NCBI GenBank assembly: GCA_938042195.1
Contig: CALIRQ010000007.1
Span: forward strand, 180-64,179
DNA: 64,000 bases
Origin: an uncultured archaeon
GTDB lineage: Archaea; Thermoproteota; Bathyarchaeia; 40CM-2-53-6; CALIRQ01
Reading direction: 5' to 3'
The notes beneath the pieces are model-generated. The model saw only the letters and a program-made list of their open reading frames with translations, had not been told where the DNA came from and did no database searches. Of this stretch, positions 39,213-49,084 are shown in pieces (positions within the stretch are counted from its first letter, which is position 1; each line of letters opens with the position of its first letter). The position numbers and the translations under genes were made by a program.

Positions 39213-40403
39213 CTACTTCCTCTTCTCGGCGCTTACGATGGAGATAACGTCGCCATCCCTGAGCGGATATTCGCCGCTTAGCCTCCTGCCGCTCCTAGCG
39301 TCGATCGCGTATAGGAATCCCTCCCCGAGCTCCGTATGGATCATATATGCCAGATCCCTCGCCGTCGTCCCCCCCCTCACCAAATAGGCATCGGGCAGGA
39401 CCCGGCCCCGATGATCGGAGAGTTTCTCCACATCCTCAACGGGGTAAACGACTATAGCGTTCAAGAGCTCAAAGAACGCTGAGTTGATCGCCTCTTGGAC
39501 CCCGGTCCCACCCCATCTCTTCAATACCCTCTCCATTATCATCGCCAACGCGCGCCTCTGCTCATCGCTGAGCGCGGCCCCCTCGAGGATTTCGAAGGAG
39601 CCCATCCAAGGCTTGTAGTTCGTTATCCCGCGCTGCGCGGATCTCCTCAGGGCCAGTTCGGCCTCAGCGCAACAAGGGATCGCCCTCAATCCCCTTCGCC
39701 TGAGCGCCTCGAAGCCCTCCTCCGCCCCCGGGAGATCCATCTTATTCGCCGCTATCAATGTGGGCTTCGAGATCTCCCTCAAGCGGCTCAAGAACCTCAT
39801 TAGGTCCCCATCCTCCCATTCTGCCAGCTTTTTATGCTCCAACCCCGAATCGGATAGGGCCCTCTCTATATGGGGCCTCCCCATCGATAGCCCGCTGAGC
39901 TTTGCCTCGAGGCTCGATCTCGCATCCTTGCCCTTCGAGATCTCCTTCCAATCCCTCTTCACTATCTGGAACAACCACATATCGATCTCCCTCATCAGGA
40001 AATCCACGTCCTCTAGGGGGTCGTGGGATCCCGGGGGACATGGCCTGCCCTCGAGATCCGTGGAGCCGGAGGCATCGACGACGTGTATCATCGCATCGGC
40101 TTTCCTTATCTCATCGAGGAAGCGATTCCCAAGCCCCCTGCCCTTCCAAGCGTCTGGGACCAGCCCGGCGCAATCCACCAATTCCACCGGTATCAGGCGG
40201 GTGCCCTCATCGCATATGGAGTTCGCCGGCTCATCCTTCACCCCGAACTCCTTGCATGGGCATTTCGCGGTCACATACGCGATCCCCCTGTTCGGTTTTA
40301 TGGTTGTGAAGGGGTAATTGGCGATCGGGACTTGAATGAGCGTTGCTGCGCTGAAGAAAGTCGATTTGCCCGCGTTCGGCTTTCCGACTATCCCGACCAT
40401 CAA
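39213..40403 (-). CDS. Obg-family GTPase/ATPase with TGS domain (YchF/OLA1-like)
   Basis: GIVGKPNAGKST P-loop, NKMD, C-terminal TGS-like region. Confidence 0.75.
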   Translation of the reverse strand: MMVGIVGKPNAGKSTFFSAATLIQVPIANYPFTTIKPNRGIAYVTAKCPCKEFGVKDEPANSICDEGTRLIPVELVDCAGLVPDAWKGRGLGNRFLDEIRKADAMIHVVDASGSTDLEGRPCPPGSHDPLEDVDFLMREIDMWLFQIVKRDWKEISKGKDARSSLEAKLSGLSMGRPHIERALSDSGLEHKKLAEWEDGDLMRFLSRLREISKPTLIAANKMDLPGAEEGFEALRRRGLRAIPCCAEAELALRRSAQRGITNYKPWMGSFEILEGAALSDEQRRALAMIMERVLKRWGGTGVQEAINSAFFELLNAIVVYPVEDVEKLSDHRGRVLPDAYLVRGGTTARDLAYMIHTELGEGFLYAIDARSGRRLSGEYPLRDGDVISIVSAEKRK

Positions 40404-40482
40404 CTTCTGGAATACTTCCGATGGGATCGAGTTTTGGGGAATCGATAAAAAGGACTGGGGAGAGGGCTTCGAGGCGGCCCCG

Positions 40483-41817
40483 CTAAGGCGGGGGTTGCGC
40501 TATGAAGCCCTTCTCCATGAGGAACTTCGTTTCCTCCCTAGCCTTCTTGATGATCTCCATAGCCCTTTCGTATAACTCCTTATAGCTCGGCTTTACCCTA
40601 GCTATGCCTTGCTCTATGGCCTTCGCCCCGACCGCGGCGGCCTCCCTCGGGAATACCTCCCAATCGTCCATGTTGGGGATTATGAAGTCCTCCTTGAGCC
40701 CCCTCTCCTCTGCGACCTTGGCCAACTCGTTGGCCGCGGCTATGCACATCTCATCCGTTATGGTCTTCGCCCTCACATCGAGCGTGCCCCTGAAGATCCC
40801 GGGGAAGCCGAGAGAGTTGTTAACTTGGTTCGGGAAGTCGGATCTACCGGTCGCTACAACCTTGGCCCCAGCCTCCTTCGCCTCCCAAGGCCATATCTCC
40901 GGGATCGGGTTCGCGCATGCGAAGACTATGGCATCGTCGTTCATGGATTTGACCATCTCCTTCGTTATGACCCCGGGCCCGGGCTTCGAACAGCCTATGC
41001 ATACGTCAACGCCCTTCATCGCCTCCGCCAAGCCGCCCGTCCTCCCCTCCCCATTGGTCTTAAGGGCCATCTCCCACTTCTGGGGATATTTGTCCTTCAG
41101 ATCTGTTCTGCCCTTATGGAGTATGCCCTTGCTGTCCACGAGCATCATGTTCTCGGGCTTCACGCCGGCGGCGATTAGGATCCTCGCCGCCGCTATGTTC
41201 GCGGCCCCAGCTCCCACCATGGTCACGGTCACTTGGCCGATCTTCTTCCCAACCAACTTGAGCGCGTTTATCAAACCCGCGAGGATCACCGTCCCAGTGC
41301 CCTGTTGGTCGTCGTGCCAAACCGGGATCTCCATCTCCTTCCTCAGCCTATCTAGGATGTAGAAGCACTTGGGCTGCTCTATATCCTCCAAGTTTATTCC
41401 TCCGAAGCTGGGCTGAAGCCACTTCACGGCCGTTATTATCTCATCGGCGTTCTTCGTATCCAAGCAGATCGGGAAGGCATCGACGCCGCCCAAGTACTTG
41501 AAGAGTAGGGCCTTCCCCTCCATGACCGGATAGCCAGCCTCGGGCCCGATGTCCCCGAGCCCGAGCACTCTGGTCCCATCTGTCACCACCGCCACTGTGT
41601 TCCATTTGTTCGTATACTCGTACACGAGCTCCTTATCCTTGCTTATGGCCTTGCAGGGTTCGGCTACGCCCGGGGTATACCAAATCGCGAAATCGTCGAA
41701 GGTCCTCACGGCGACCTTTGGCACAACCTCTATCTTCCCGCGATAGAAGGGGTGGTATTTCATGGCGAATTGAGCTGGCAATTTCGCCTTCTTCAAAAGC
41801 TCTTCAACGGATGCCAA
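40483..41817 (-). CDS. NAD(P)-dependent malic enzyme
   Basis: IWYTPGVAEPC, GAGAAN Rossmann motif, overall malic-enzyme sequence; 444 aa. Confidence 0.85.
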   Translation of the reverse strand: MASVEELLKKAKLPAQFAMKYHPFYRGKIEVVPKVAVRTFDDFAIWYTPGVAEPCKAISKDKELVYEYTNKWNTVAVVTDGTRVLGLGDIGPEAGYPVMEGKALLFKYLGGVDAFPICLDTKNADEIITAVKWLQPSFGGINLEDIEQPKCFYILDRLRKEMEIPVWHDDQQGTGTVILAGLINALKLVGKKIGQVTVTMVGAGAANIAAARILIAAGVKPENMMLVDSKGILHKGRTDLKDKYPQKWEMALKTNGEGRTGGLAEAMKGVDVCIGCSKPGPGVITKEMVKSMNDDAIVFACANPIPEIWPWEAKEAGAKVVATGRSDFPNQVNNSLGFPGIFRGTLDVRAKTITDEMCIAAANELAKVAEERGLKEDFIIPNMDDWEVFPREAAAVGAKAIEQGIARVKPSYKELYERAMEIIKKAREETKFLMEKGFIAQPPP

Positions 41818-42069
41818 CCATTCCTCACCGGATACGACCCGATTTGCGGGCTTCTTTTCATGGGGGATTATATAACCTTTCCCCCGGTTTGATCCGAGCG
41901 AATCGTATTATCCCCATGTCGGCAGGATCGAGCATCCCCAAATCCCTTTTAGCAAGATCCGGGGAAAAGGGGCGCAATCGATATTCCACAAAGATTAAAA
42001 GCGATTCAACTGGAAGATCGGCATCCAACCGATCGCTATTGGGCGGCATCGCCAAGGTGGGAGGGGGAT

Positions 42070-43245
42070 ATGGGAGGCATCTCTCACGCGGCGCGGTTCG
42101 GGTATGCCATATTGCTCATAAGCTGGTTCGCTTGGCTCTGGAACTTCTCCTATAGGATGATGGTCCCGGCCCTCCTCCCCTCCATACAAGCCTCGCTCTC
42201 GCTATCCAATTGGATGGCCGGCGCATTGGTCGGGGCCCTGAACCTCGGATACGCCATCTCGGCCTATCCCTCAGGCCTATGTTCGGCCAGATTCGGGCCT
42301 AGGAACATTATAGTCTTCGGGACGGCCCTTTCGGCCGCATTCGCATTCCTCCTATCGATCTCAAGGTCCTACGCGGCCATGATGATATTCGCCTTCGCCG
42401 CGGGCTTGGGCCTTGGGGTTTATCTCCCGCAAGCCCTAACGCTCCTCTCGGAGCATTATGGGAGGCGGAGGAGGGGGACCATCATCGGGATCCATGAAAC
42501 GGCCGCGCCAATGGGGCAGATGGCCGGCCCCCTCTGGGCCGGCGCCATGCTGCCCTCGCTTGGATGGGTGGGATGCCTAAGGGCTTGGTCGCTCCCCGGG
42601 GCCCTGATAGCGATCGCGTTCCTGATGATCGCCCCGAAGCGAGGGGATGGGGGCAAGGGGGCCGGGAAGGCGGCTGGGGGAGGGGGATGGCCATGGGGCC
42701 TATATCTCCCAACCATATTATTGGTCAGCTTCGTATGGTCGGCCAACCTAGGGCTCATATCCATGATACCGCTTTACATGGTCCGCTCCTCGCTCGCGGA
42801 CGCGGCCTTCGCCGCCTTTCTGATGGGCATCACGAGATTCTCCGGGGTCCTTGGCCAACTCGCGGGCGGCCTCCTATCGGATACGATCGGAAGGCTCAAG
42901 GTGCTGATGGCCATCGTCCTCGTTACGGCGATTTCCACCGTCGGTGTGGCCTTCGCCCCCTATGGCTCGGTGATGATCGCCTCAATGCTAGTTCAAGCAA
43001 TGGCGGCCTCGGCCTTCTTCCCAGTAACCTATGCCGCCATCTCCGACAATACCTCGCCCAGGGATAGGGCCAAGGTCATCGGCGTGGTGAACACCTCCTC
43101 CGGCCTCTTGGGAGGGGTCCTCTCCCCGATGATCATAGGCTATTTGGCGGATACCTCTGGTTTCCAAACGGCCTTCCTCTACCCAGTGGTGGCGGGATTC
43201 TTGGCATGCCCCTTCGTCCTCCATCTGAGAATCCGCCTCCATTGA
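42070..43245 (+). CDS. MFS transporter
   Basis: 12 predicted TM helices, MFS-like loop motifs. Confidence 0.7.
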   Translation: MGGISHAARFGYAILLISWFAWLWNFSYRMMVPALLPSIQASLSLSNWMAGALVGALNLGYAISAYPSGLCSARFGPRNIIVFGTALSAAFAFLLSISRSYAAMMIFAFAAGLGLGVYLPQALTLLSEHYGRRRRGTIIGIHETAAPMGQMAGPLWAGAMLPSLGWVGCLRAWSLPGALIAIAFLMIAPKRGDGGKGAGKAAGGGGWPWGLYLPTILLVSFVWSANLGLISMIPLYMVRSSLADAAFAAFLMGITRFSGVLGQLAGGLLSDTIGRLKVLMAIVLVTAISTVGVAFAPYGSVMIASMLVQAMAASAFFPVTYAAISDNTSPRDRAKVIGVVNTSSGLLGGVLSPMIIGYLADTSGFQTAFLYPVVAGFLACPFVLHLRIRLH

Positions 43246-43336
43246 GATCGCGGGCCCCCTTCGGCCCATCCGAAAACCTTTTTCTTTTGAAATCAAACCC
43301 TTCTGGAAAGGCCGGAATCGCGCCTGAGGGGAAAGG

Positions 43337-44266
43337 GTGGAGATCCGATTGGAGAAGACTGAGAAGATATGGATGGATGGCAAATTCATCGATTGGGATG
43401 AGGCCAAGGTTCACGTCCTCACGCATGCCCTCCACTATGGGACCGCCGTATTCGAGGGCATGAGGTGCTACGAAACCGATGATGGCCCAGCGATCTTCAG
43501 GCTTTGGGATCATTTGACTCGATTTTATAATAGTGCCAAGATACATATGATGCGCATCCCATATGAGATGGAGGAGCTGGCCAGGGCGATAAAGGAAACC
43601 ATAAAGGTCAATAGGATGAGGGAGTGCTACATAAGGCCCATCGCCTATTATGGGTATGGCGAAATGGGCCTGAATCCGAAGAGGAATCCGATCAATGTCG
43701 CGATAGCGGTCTGGCCTTGGGGGACCTACCTAGGTGAGGAGGGCTTGAGGAAGGGGGTCAGGTGCAAGATATCCTCTTGGATCAGGATCGATACCCGCAT
43801 GCTCCCGCCGCTCGCCAAGGCCACCGCGAACTACTTGAACTCCGTCCTGGCGAAGCTGGAGGCGATCGAATGCGGATATGATGAAGCCATCCTGCTCAAC
43901 TCGAACGGGTACATAGCCGAAGGGTCTGGGGAGAATATATTCATAGTGAAGGATGGGACGCTGCTCACCCCGCCCACGAGCTCCGGGGCCCTCCATGGCT
44001 ATACTAGGGATTCGATAAAGGAGCTGGCAAAGGACCTCTCCATATCCCTCCTCGAGAGGGAGATACTCCGGGAGGAGCTCTTCACGGCCGATGAGGCGTT
44101 CCTAACCGGGACGGCCGCGGAGGTGACGCCGATAAGGGAGGTCGACGGGCGCGCGATAGGCTCCGGCTCCATAGGGCCCATCACCAAGCGATTGCAGGAG
44201 AAGTTCTTCCAAGTGGTCAGGGGCAGGGATCCGAGATACAAGAAGTGGCTCGAGCTGGTTCTGTGA
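43337..44266 (+). CDS. ilvE: branched-chain amino acid aminotransferase
   Basis: WMDGKFIDWDEAKVHVLTHALHYGTAVFEG class-IV aminotransferase N-terminus. Confidence 0.85.
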   Translation: MEIRLEKTEKIWMDGKFIDWDEAKVHVLTHALHYGTAVFEGMRCYETDDGPAIFRLWDHLTRFYNSAKIHMMRIPYEMEELARAIKETIKVNRMRECYIRPIAYYGYGEMGLNPKRNPINVAIAVWPWGTYLGEEGLRKGVRCKISSWIRIDTRMLPPLAKATANYLNSVLAKLEAIECGYDEAILLNSNGYIAEGSGENIFIVKDGTLLTPPTSSGALHGYTRDSIKELAKDLSISLLEREILREELFTADEAFLTGTAAEVTPIREVDGRAIGSGSIGPITKRLQEKFFQVVRGRDPRYKKWLELVL

Positions 44267-44323
44267 AAGGACCGGCGGCGAATGATCGGAGCGGAGGTCC
44301 GATGCCCAAGCCAAGGAAGGGCG

Positions 44324-45064
44324 TCATTCGAAAGCAAACGCCGCCGACACAGCTACCGTGACTTGAAGCTCTCCGGGGATTATCGGGGTTGTGGCCTCGG
44401 CCCTAATGGTGTACCTCGGCACCGGGACCTGCATCGCCGCTTGCTCTATCCCCACGGGGCCCTTCAATCTAACCCCGAGCGCCCTCGCTATCGCCTCCGC
44501 CCTCGCCCTCGCATCCTCGACCGCCATCTCCAGGGCCTTCTCTCCGAGCCTCCTTCCAAGCTCGGGGGATAGGGCGAACTCTATCGATACGACCTGATTG
44601 GCCCCTGATCTCACCGCCAGATCCACCATGGAGCCGCATCTCTCGACTTCTCTAACGGTTATCCTTATTTCATTTCGGCAAGTGTACCCCACTATGGCCG
44701 GGGGCTTCGATTGATAATCGTAGTTCGGGGCGAGGGAGTATCGGACCGTTTCGATATCCGATTCCAAGAGGCCCGCGCCCCTTAACGCCGAGATCACCCG
44801 AGTCATCCTGTCAGCGTTATCTGCTTGCGCACCCTCGGCCGTTTTGGATATGGTTTCGATGGCCAAATATGCGTAAGCCAAGTTTGGCCTAGAGGATGCC
44901 CTCCCCTCACCGGAGACCCTTATCAAGCGCTCGGCCGCGCTCGTTGAATCGACCATCGATGCCAACTGCCTTACCGAGGGCTTGGCTAGCGATGCGCCGA
45001 TCGCGGCCCCCACCAAGATCGAGAGCAAGAGGAACCCCGCCAGCTGGGTTTTGGTCGTTTCCAA
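44324..45064 (-). CDS. SIMPL/DUF541-domain protein with N-terminal membrane anchor
   Basis: DUF541-like sequence; N-terminal hydrophobic segment. Confidence 0.55.
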   Translation of the reverse strand: METTKTQLAGFLLLSILVGAAIGASLAKPSVRQLASMVDSTSAAERLIRVSGEGRASSRPNLAYAYLAIETISKTAEGAQADNADRMTRVISALRGAGLLESDIETVRYSLAPNYDYQSKPPAIVGYTCRNEIRITVREVERCGSMVDLAVRSGANQVVSIEFALSPELGRRLGEKALEMAVEDARARAEAIARALGVRLKGPVGIEQAAMQVPVPRYTIRAEATTPIIPGELQVTVAVSAAFAFE

Positions 45065-45235
45065 ATTTTTCCACCCATCCTTCGCATAACTGAGCTAAAT
45101 CGATTAGAATCGGATATAAAGGTTTGCTCATCGCCATAGAAAACATTTCGGGATTGAATTAGAACATTCCAATCGCTCGGGGAACCCTTATATTGAGGGC
45201 GAGCGGTCGGCCTGAGGATTACGGGGGCTCGTTAG

Positions 45236-46372
45236 ATGGGGGATGAAGGACCGGGGCGCCTTCCGCTTCTCTTCCTAAGCTTCTCGGTCCAATTGACTAT
45301 GGATATGATCGCGATGGCGGCTCCACTTCTCGCACTATCGCTATCGGCCTCGCCCTTCGAGATCGGCTTGTTGGCGACATCCAGGGGGATCGTTTACGGG
45401 ATCCTCCCATTCGCCATGGGCCGCATCTCGGATAGGGCGGATAGGAGGTTCTTGCTGGCCTCCTCGATGTCGATATACGCCGTTGCGGCGATCCTGTTCC
45501 ATCTCTCCAGAAGCCCCATCGAGCTTATAGCCTTTAGGTTCCTCGAGGGCTTGGCCATATCCATCTTCTGGCCGACCATCGAGCCCCTATTCGCTGAGGC
45601 ACGGGGCCAGAACGTTTCGAGGTCCCTGAGGGGATTCAACCTCTCATGGGGGTTGGGGCAGATCCTTGGCCCCTTCCTGGGAGGGGCCCTCATAACAGCG
45701 TTTGGGGCTAGATCCCCCTTCCTTTTGGCCATGCTCATCGCCATCGCGAATTTGGCATTGATCCTTCGAATCGCGCCAGCCAAGCCCGCTCAATGGGGCG
45801 GGAACCCTGGCCGATTGATCGAGGGGGGCCCACCCCTTTCGCTGGTTTTCGCCAACGCAACCTTGGGAGCGATCCTGTCGATCTTCTTCGCCTTCTTCCC
45901 GGCCTTCGGCGTTAGGGTCGGATTCAGCGCCCTTGAGGTGGGCTCGTTGCTATTGCTGTTCGGCATAACCCGGCTTGCCTTCTTCCATGCGGCCCCATCG
46001 ATTGGGATAGGCTTGGAACCCAGGGTCGGGTTGGCATCGTTGGGCCTCATTTTGATCCCCATCGGCGATAGGGCCGCGATATACTCGGGTGTGGTATTGA
46101 CGTCCGCGGCGGCCAGCCTAATATACGCCTATTCAATAGAGCGCATGCTGAGGGCCGAGAAGGGACATTTGGGGCGCATGGCCGGGGTCTTCGAGGGATC
46201 GCTCGGGATCGGCTTCATATCCGGGCCCCTTTTGGCCGGGGCGTTCGCGGGGCTGGGCTTCTCTATGGCCTTCCTCGTGGCATCCCTCTTGGGCGTGATT
46301 CTGATATTGGCCTTGGGGCTCCATAAGCGGCTTGGGCGGCGGGCGGCTAGGCCATGCTCCCCCAGCGCCTGA
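45236..46372 (+). CDS. MFS transporter
   Basis: Multi-TM protein with MFS-like motifs (GRISDRADRR). Confidence 0.7.
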   Translation: MGDEGPGRLPLLFLSFSVQLTMDMIAMAAPLLALSLSASPFEIGLLATSRGIVYGILPFAMGRISDRADRRFLLASSMSIYAVAAILFHLSRSPIELIAFRFLEGLAISIFWPTIEPLFAEARGQNVSRSLRGFNLSWGLGQILGPFLGGALITAFGARSPFLLAMLIAIANLALILRIAPAKPAQWGGNPGRLIEGGPPLSLVFANATLGAILSIFFAFFPAFGVRVGFSALEVGSLLLLFGITRLAFFHAAPSIGIGLEPRVGLASLGLILIPIGDRAAIYSGVVLTSAAASLIYAYSIERMLRAEKGHLGRMAGVFEGSLGIGFISGPLLAGAFAGLGFSMAFLVASLLGVILILALGLHKRLGRRAARPCSPSA

Positions 46373-47168
46373 TCTCAACCTCGACCCTGTTCCCTATCCA
46401 AGCGCTATCGAAGCCCTCCGCCTCCCCGAGCTTCAGCCTGACGAAGCCGACGACATAGAGCTCCAGCTCCCGGATCGTCAGGCGGACATCCGAATCATAG
46501 AAGAATTTGATCGTCATCCAATTCCCGGGGCGGACGTAGCCGAGGTAGTTGTAGTTCTCGAAGAAGAAGGTGGCGCTTGACGTCGATTCCCTCACGATCG
46601 CCTCGCTTGGGGAGATCGGCTCGCGAACGGCTATCGGGCTCCGATGGGGGAGGAGGGCCAATGCCTTCACGCCCAGATATCTCTCCCCCAAGCCATCCCC
46701 CATGTATTGAGTTACCGTCGCGACCCTCCTCTCCTTGGGCCCGAGGTCCGGGCTGTAGATGCCGATCCAAGTGATCTCGAGCCTATCGATGCCGTGGATC
46801 CCCATATAGCCCCCATCGGCCTCGTCGAGGCGGATGCTGACCGCCAAGGTATCCTTCGGGAATAGAGTGATATTCTCCCCGATCACGACCCAATACTTCC
46901 GCTCCAATAGCACCGTCCTGTTCAGCTTATCGTAGAGCCGCTCATTGGATCGCATTAGATCCTCATGGCTTCGGCTCAAGTTGGTGTATAAGTTGTCGAG
47001 GGTCAGATATTTGGCCCTCATTGATTCCAGCTTATGGGAGAGGTTCCGATTCTCAGCCATCAGGATGGTCGTCGAGGTGGAAAGGGCCACGATGGCCAAG
47101 AGGACGGCCCCTAAGAACCTCCTATCCTTTGTGGAGAGGCTCGCCTCCAAGATTATCTTCATCTTCAT
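46347..47168 (-). CDS. membrane-anchored hypothetical protein (N-terminal TM, coiled-coil, C-terminal beta-rich domain)
   Basis: Start placed at MKMKIILEASL (ATG 47168); TATA-like element 34-42 bp upstream; no family recognised. Confidence 0.4.
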   Translation of the reverse strand: MKMKIILEASLSTKDRRFLGAVLLAIVALSTSTTILMAENRNLSHKLESMRAKYLTLDNLYTNLSRSHEDLMRSNERLYDKLNRTVLLERKYWVVIGENITLFPKDTLAVSIRLDEADGGYMGIHGIDRLEITWIGIYSPDLGPKERRVATVTQYMGDGLGERYLGVKALALLPHRSPIAVREPISPSEAIVRESTSSATFFFENYNYLGYVRPGNWMTIKFFYDSDVRLTIRELELYVVGFVRLKLGEAEGFDSAWIGNRVEVEIRRWGSMA

Positions 47169-47201
47169 CCCCCAATCCATATTGGACTTGCACATAACTT
47201 G

Positions 47202-47210
47202 TATATAATA
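47202..47210 (-). promoter_or_regulatory. TATA-box-like element upstream of the 46347-47168 gene
   Basis: TATTATATA on the minus strand, 34-42 bp upstream of the proposed ATG. Confidence 0.25.
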
Positions 47211-47952
47211 TCTTCCATATTTGGAGGTCCGAGATTTTCTGAGGGGCATACCATCTCCTCCCCCTCGAATCGTCCTCCATTTTCCGAGCCATTCCGGAGC
47301 AAGCGAGCCCGTCATGCGACGCGTTCAGCTTAACGCGACGTTCTCCTTTCGCTTTTTCATAAAATTTATGTATTGTTAGAAGCGCAAATAAACACATTAT
47401 AGTAAAAACGACCATAATCATTGAGGATGACCTCTACAAGGCCCTCGTCAAAGAAGCCTTTGGAGATATGACATGACAAAGCTGTCTAAACTTATAAACG
47501 AACAAACCTTCCTTTATAAGACTTGGATGAGGGGCGGCTCATCGCCGATCCCCTAGCGAGAGAAAACGTGAAGGGATCCGAAGCGCTTACGAATGGCGGG
47601 GATGGACTTTGGAGAAGCCCAAGCCACAATCCTCGCCAACCAGAAAAACGAAAACTGATGGGGAAAGAAGAGCGAAAAATACTGGAAAAGCCTATAGGTG
47701 TGAACTCCCAGATGAGCGCTAAAAATCTACCGAGATGCCCAAGAGCCTATTGAAAATTTAAGTTGGAAAATGGATCGCGGTCCATTTAGAATCCAATGAA
47801 TCTAAAATCTGCCATGCATACTTGGACGAATATAGGATTTGTCTTTTGATCCTTAGGCAACAAAATTCTATTTTAAGCGATGGGCCATTATATTGAATTA
47901 ATTTCATCCAAAAATCCAAACCGAATTATCCACTCCATGCCGAAGATTTTGA

Positions 47953-47965
47953 TGGTGGACCGGGC
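47953..47965. repeat. 13-bp direct repeat of the tRNA-Ala 3' end (att-like)
   Basis: tggtggaccgggc here is identical to 48299-48311 (3' 13 nt of tRNA-Ala on the + strand); chance expectation in 64 kb is about 0.002. Confidence 0.45.
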
Positions 47966-48081
47966 CGTATACAATTAAAAAAATTAAGCGAATCTTTTTC
48001 ATTTCGTGAGGTTGCGTGGAATTCGGTTAAAAATAAGGATGAAAAAGAAGCTAAAAGAGCCATGTTATATATGCAAAGCTA

Positions 48082-48240
48082 TTAATTTTGCACCGCATGA
48101 CTCGTGATTTCCAATGAACAAGCATGATGTTTGGAGCAAAATTCTTCACACTTTTCTGCCCATATCTTTTCCTTATACATAAGGCTACATACCTCGCAAA
48201 TGTAAAATGATTCATTCCCCTTTTTCATTTCTTTTACCAT
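48082..48240 (-). CDS. small Cys/His-rich zinc-finger-like protein (hypothetical)
   Basis: 52 aa (MVKEMKKGNESFYICEVCSLMYKEKIWAEKCEEFCSKHHAC...); lies inside the AT-rich island next to tRNA-Ala; the upstream part of the listed 91-aa ORF overlaps the tRNA and was discarded. Confidence 0.3.
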   Translation of the reverse strand: MVKEMKKGNESFYICEVCSLMYKEKIWAEKCEEFCSKHHACSLEITSHAVQN

Positions 48241-48298
48241 GCCTAGTTTCTCCTTCAACCTATCCCATGTAAAATTGCTAAAAGGCTTATTTAAAATT

Positions 48299-48406
48299 TG
48301 GTGGACCGGGCGGGATTTGAACCCGCGGCTTTCCGGCCTCTTGGCCGAGGCCTGCAAACCGGACGTTCCTCGGCCCCAAGGGCATACCGGACTGAACTAC
48401 CGGCCC
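48299..48406 (-). tRNA. tRNA-Ala(UGC) with intron(s); 108 nt precursor, CCA encoded
   Basis: Acceptor GGGCCGG/CCGGUCC with the G3:U70 Ala identity pair, A73, T-arm GCGGG-UUCAAAU-CCCGC, anticodon loop UUUGCA|G. A 15-nt intron at 37/38 has a canonical hBHBh' fold; a further 16-nt insertion lies between A21 and G22. Confidence 0.8.
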
Positions 48407-49084
48407 ATAGCCGTTAATACCTATCCTCTCAAGGGGCTTTTAATGAGCCTGCCCCATTCTTCGCACGGTTGGCGGCGCCGACATATTAGGCTTTTCCCTT
48501 TTTGGGTTTTTATGATCACGGAGGGCCATCCGGGTTTCATCGGCATCCCGGCCGAAGGGCCCATCATCCGGCGGACCATATGTCCCCTCATGCTCCCCCA
48601 TTAGCTTTGGGAGGGCCTCCACGATCCTCTCCTTCCTCATATTGCCGTTCTTCTAACAACGCGATTAGCTTGTTCACCAGCCGCCGATAGGGCTTCGAAT
48701 GCCGATTCAGCAACCACTCAGCGAAGCCGTGGGTCAGCAACTTTATCCTCCGAATCCTCGGCGATCCCCTAGGCGGGCGCGGGCCGAGGGCTCAATCCCC
48801 CTAAAAAGCCCGATCAGCTCCCAATAGCCATCCGACCTCCGGCCAGCGGGCCCTCCCTTGCGAGCGTTTCCAGCCATGCCTTGGCCCCCTCGCGGTCCCT
48901 GAGGGCCCATCGATGCCCCTAAGGCCGCTAAGAAGCCCAAATTCCGATCCCCTTGATTTATTTCGATTTTTTGGGCTCCTTTCCCCGAAACGGAGCTGGA
49001 AATGGGCCCCATTCGGCCTGGATTCGATTCATTTGATTTATTTTGAATATATTCAAGATTTCAAGACGGCCCCTTCGCGACCAC

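Noticed and set aside
48082-48604. ORFs 48082-48357 (-) and 48239-48604 (+) overlapping tRNA-Ala
   Set aside because: They run through the tRNA gene. Only the 52-aa distal part of the minus-strand ORF (48082-48240) lies outside the tRNA and was kept, as a low-confidence small protein.
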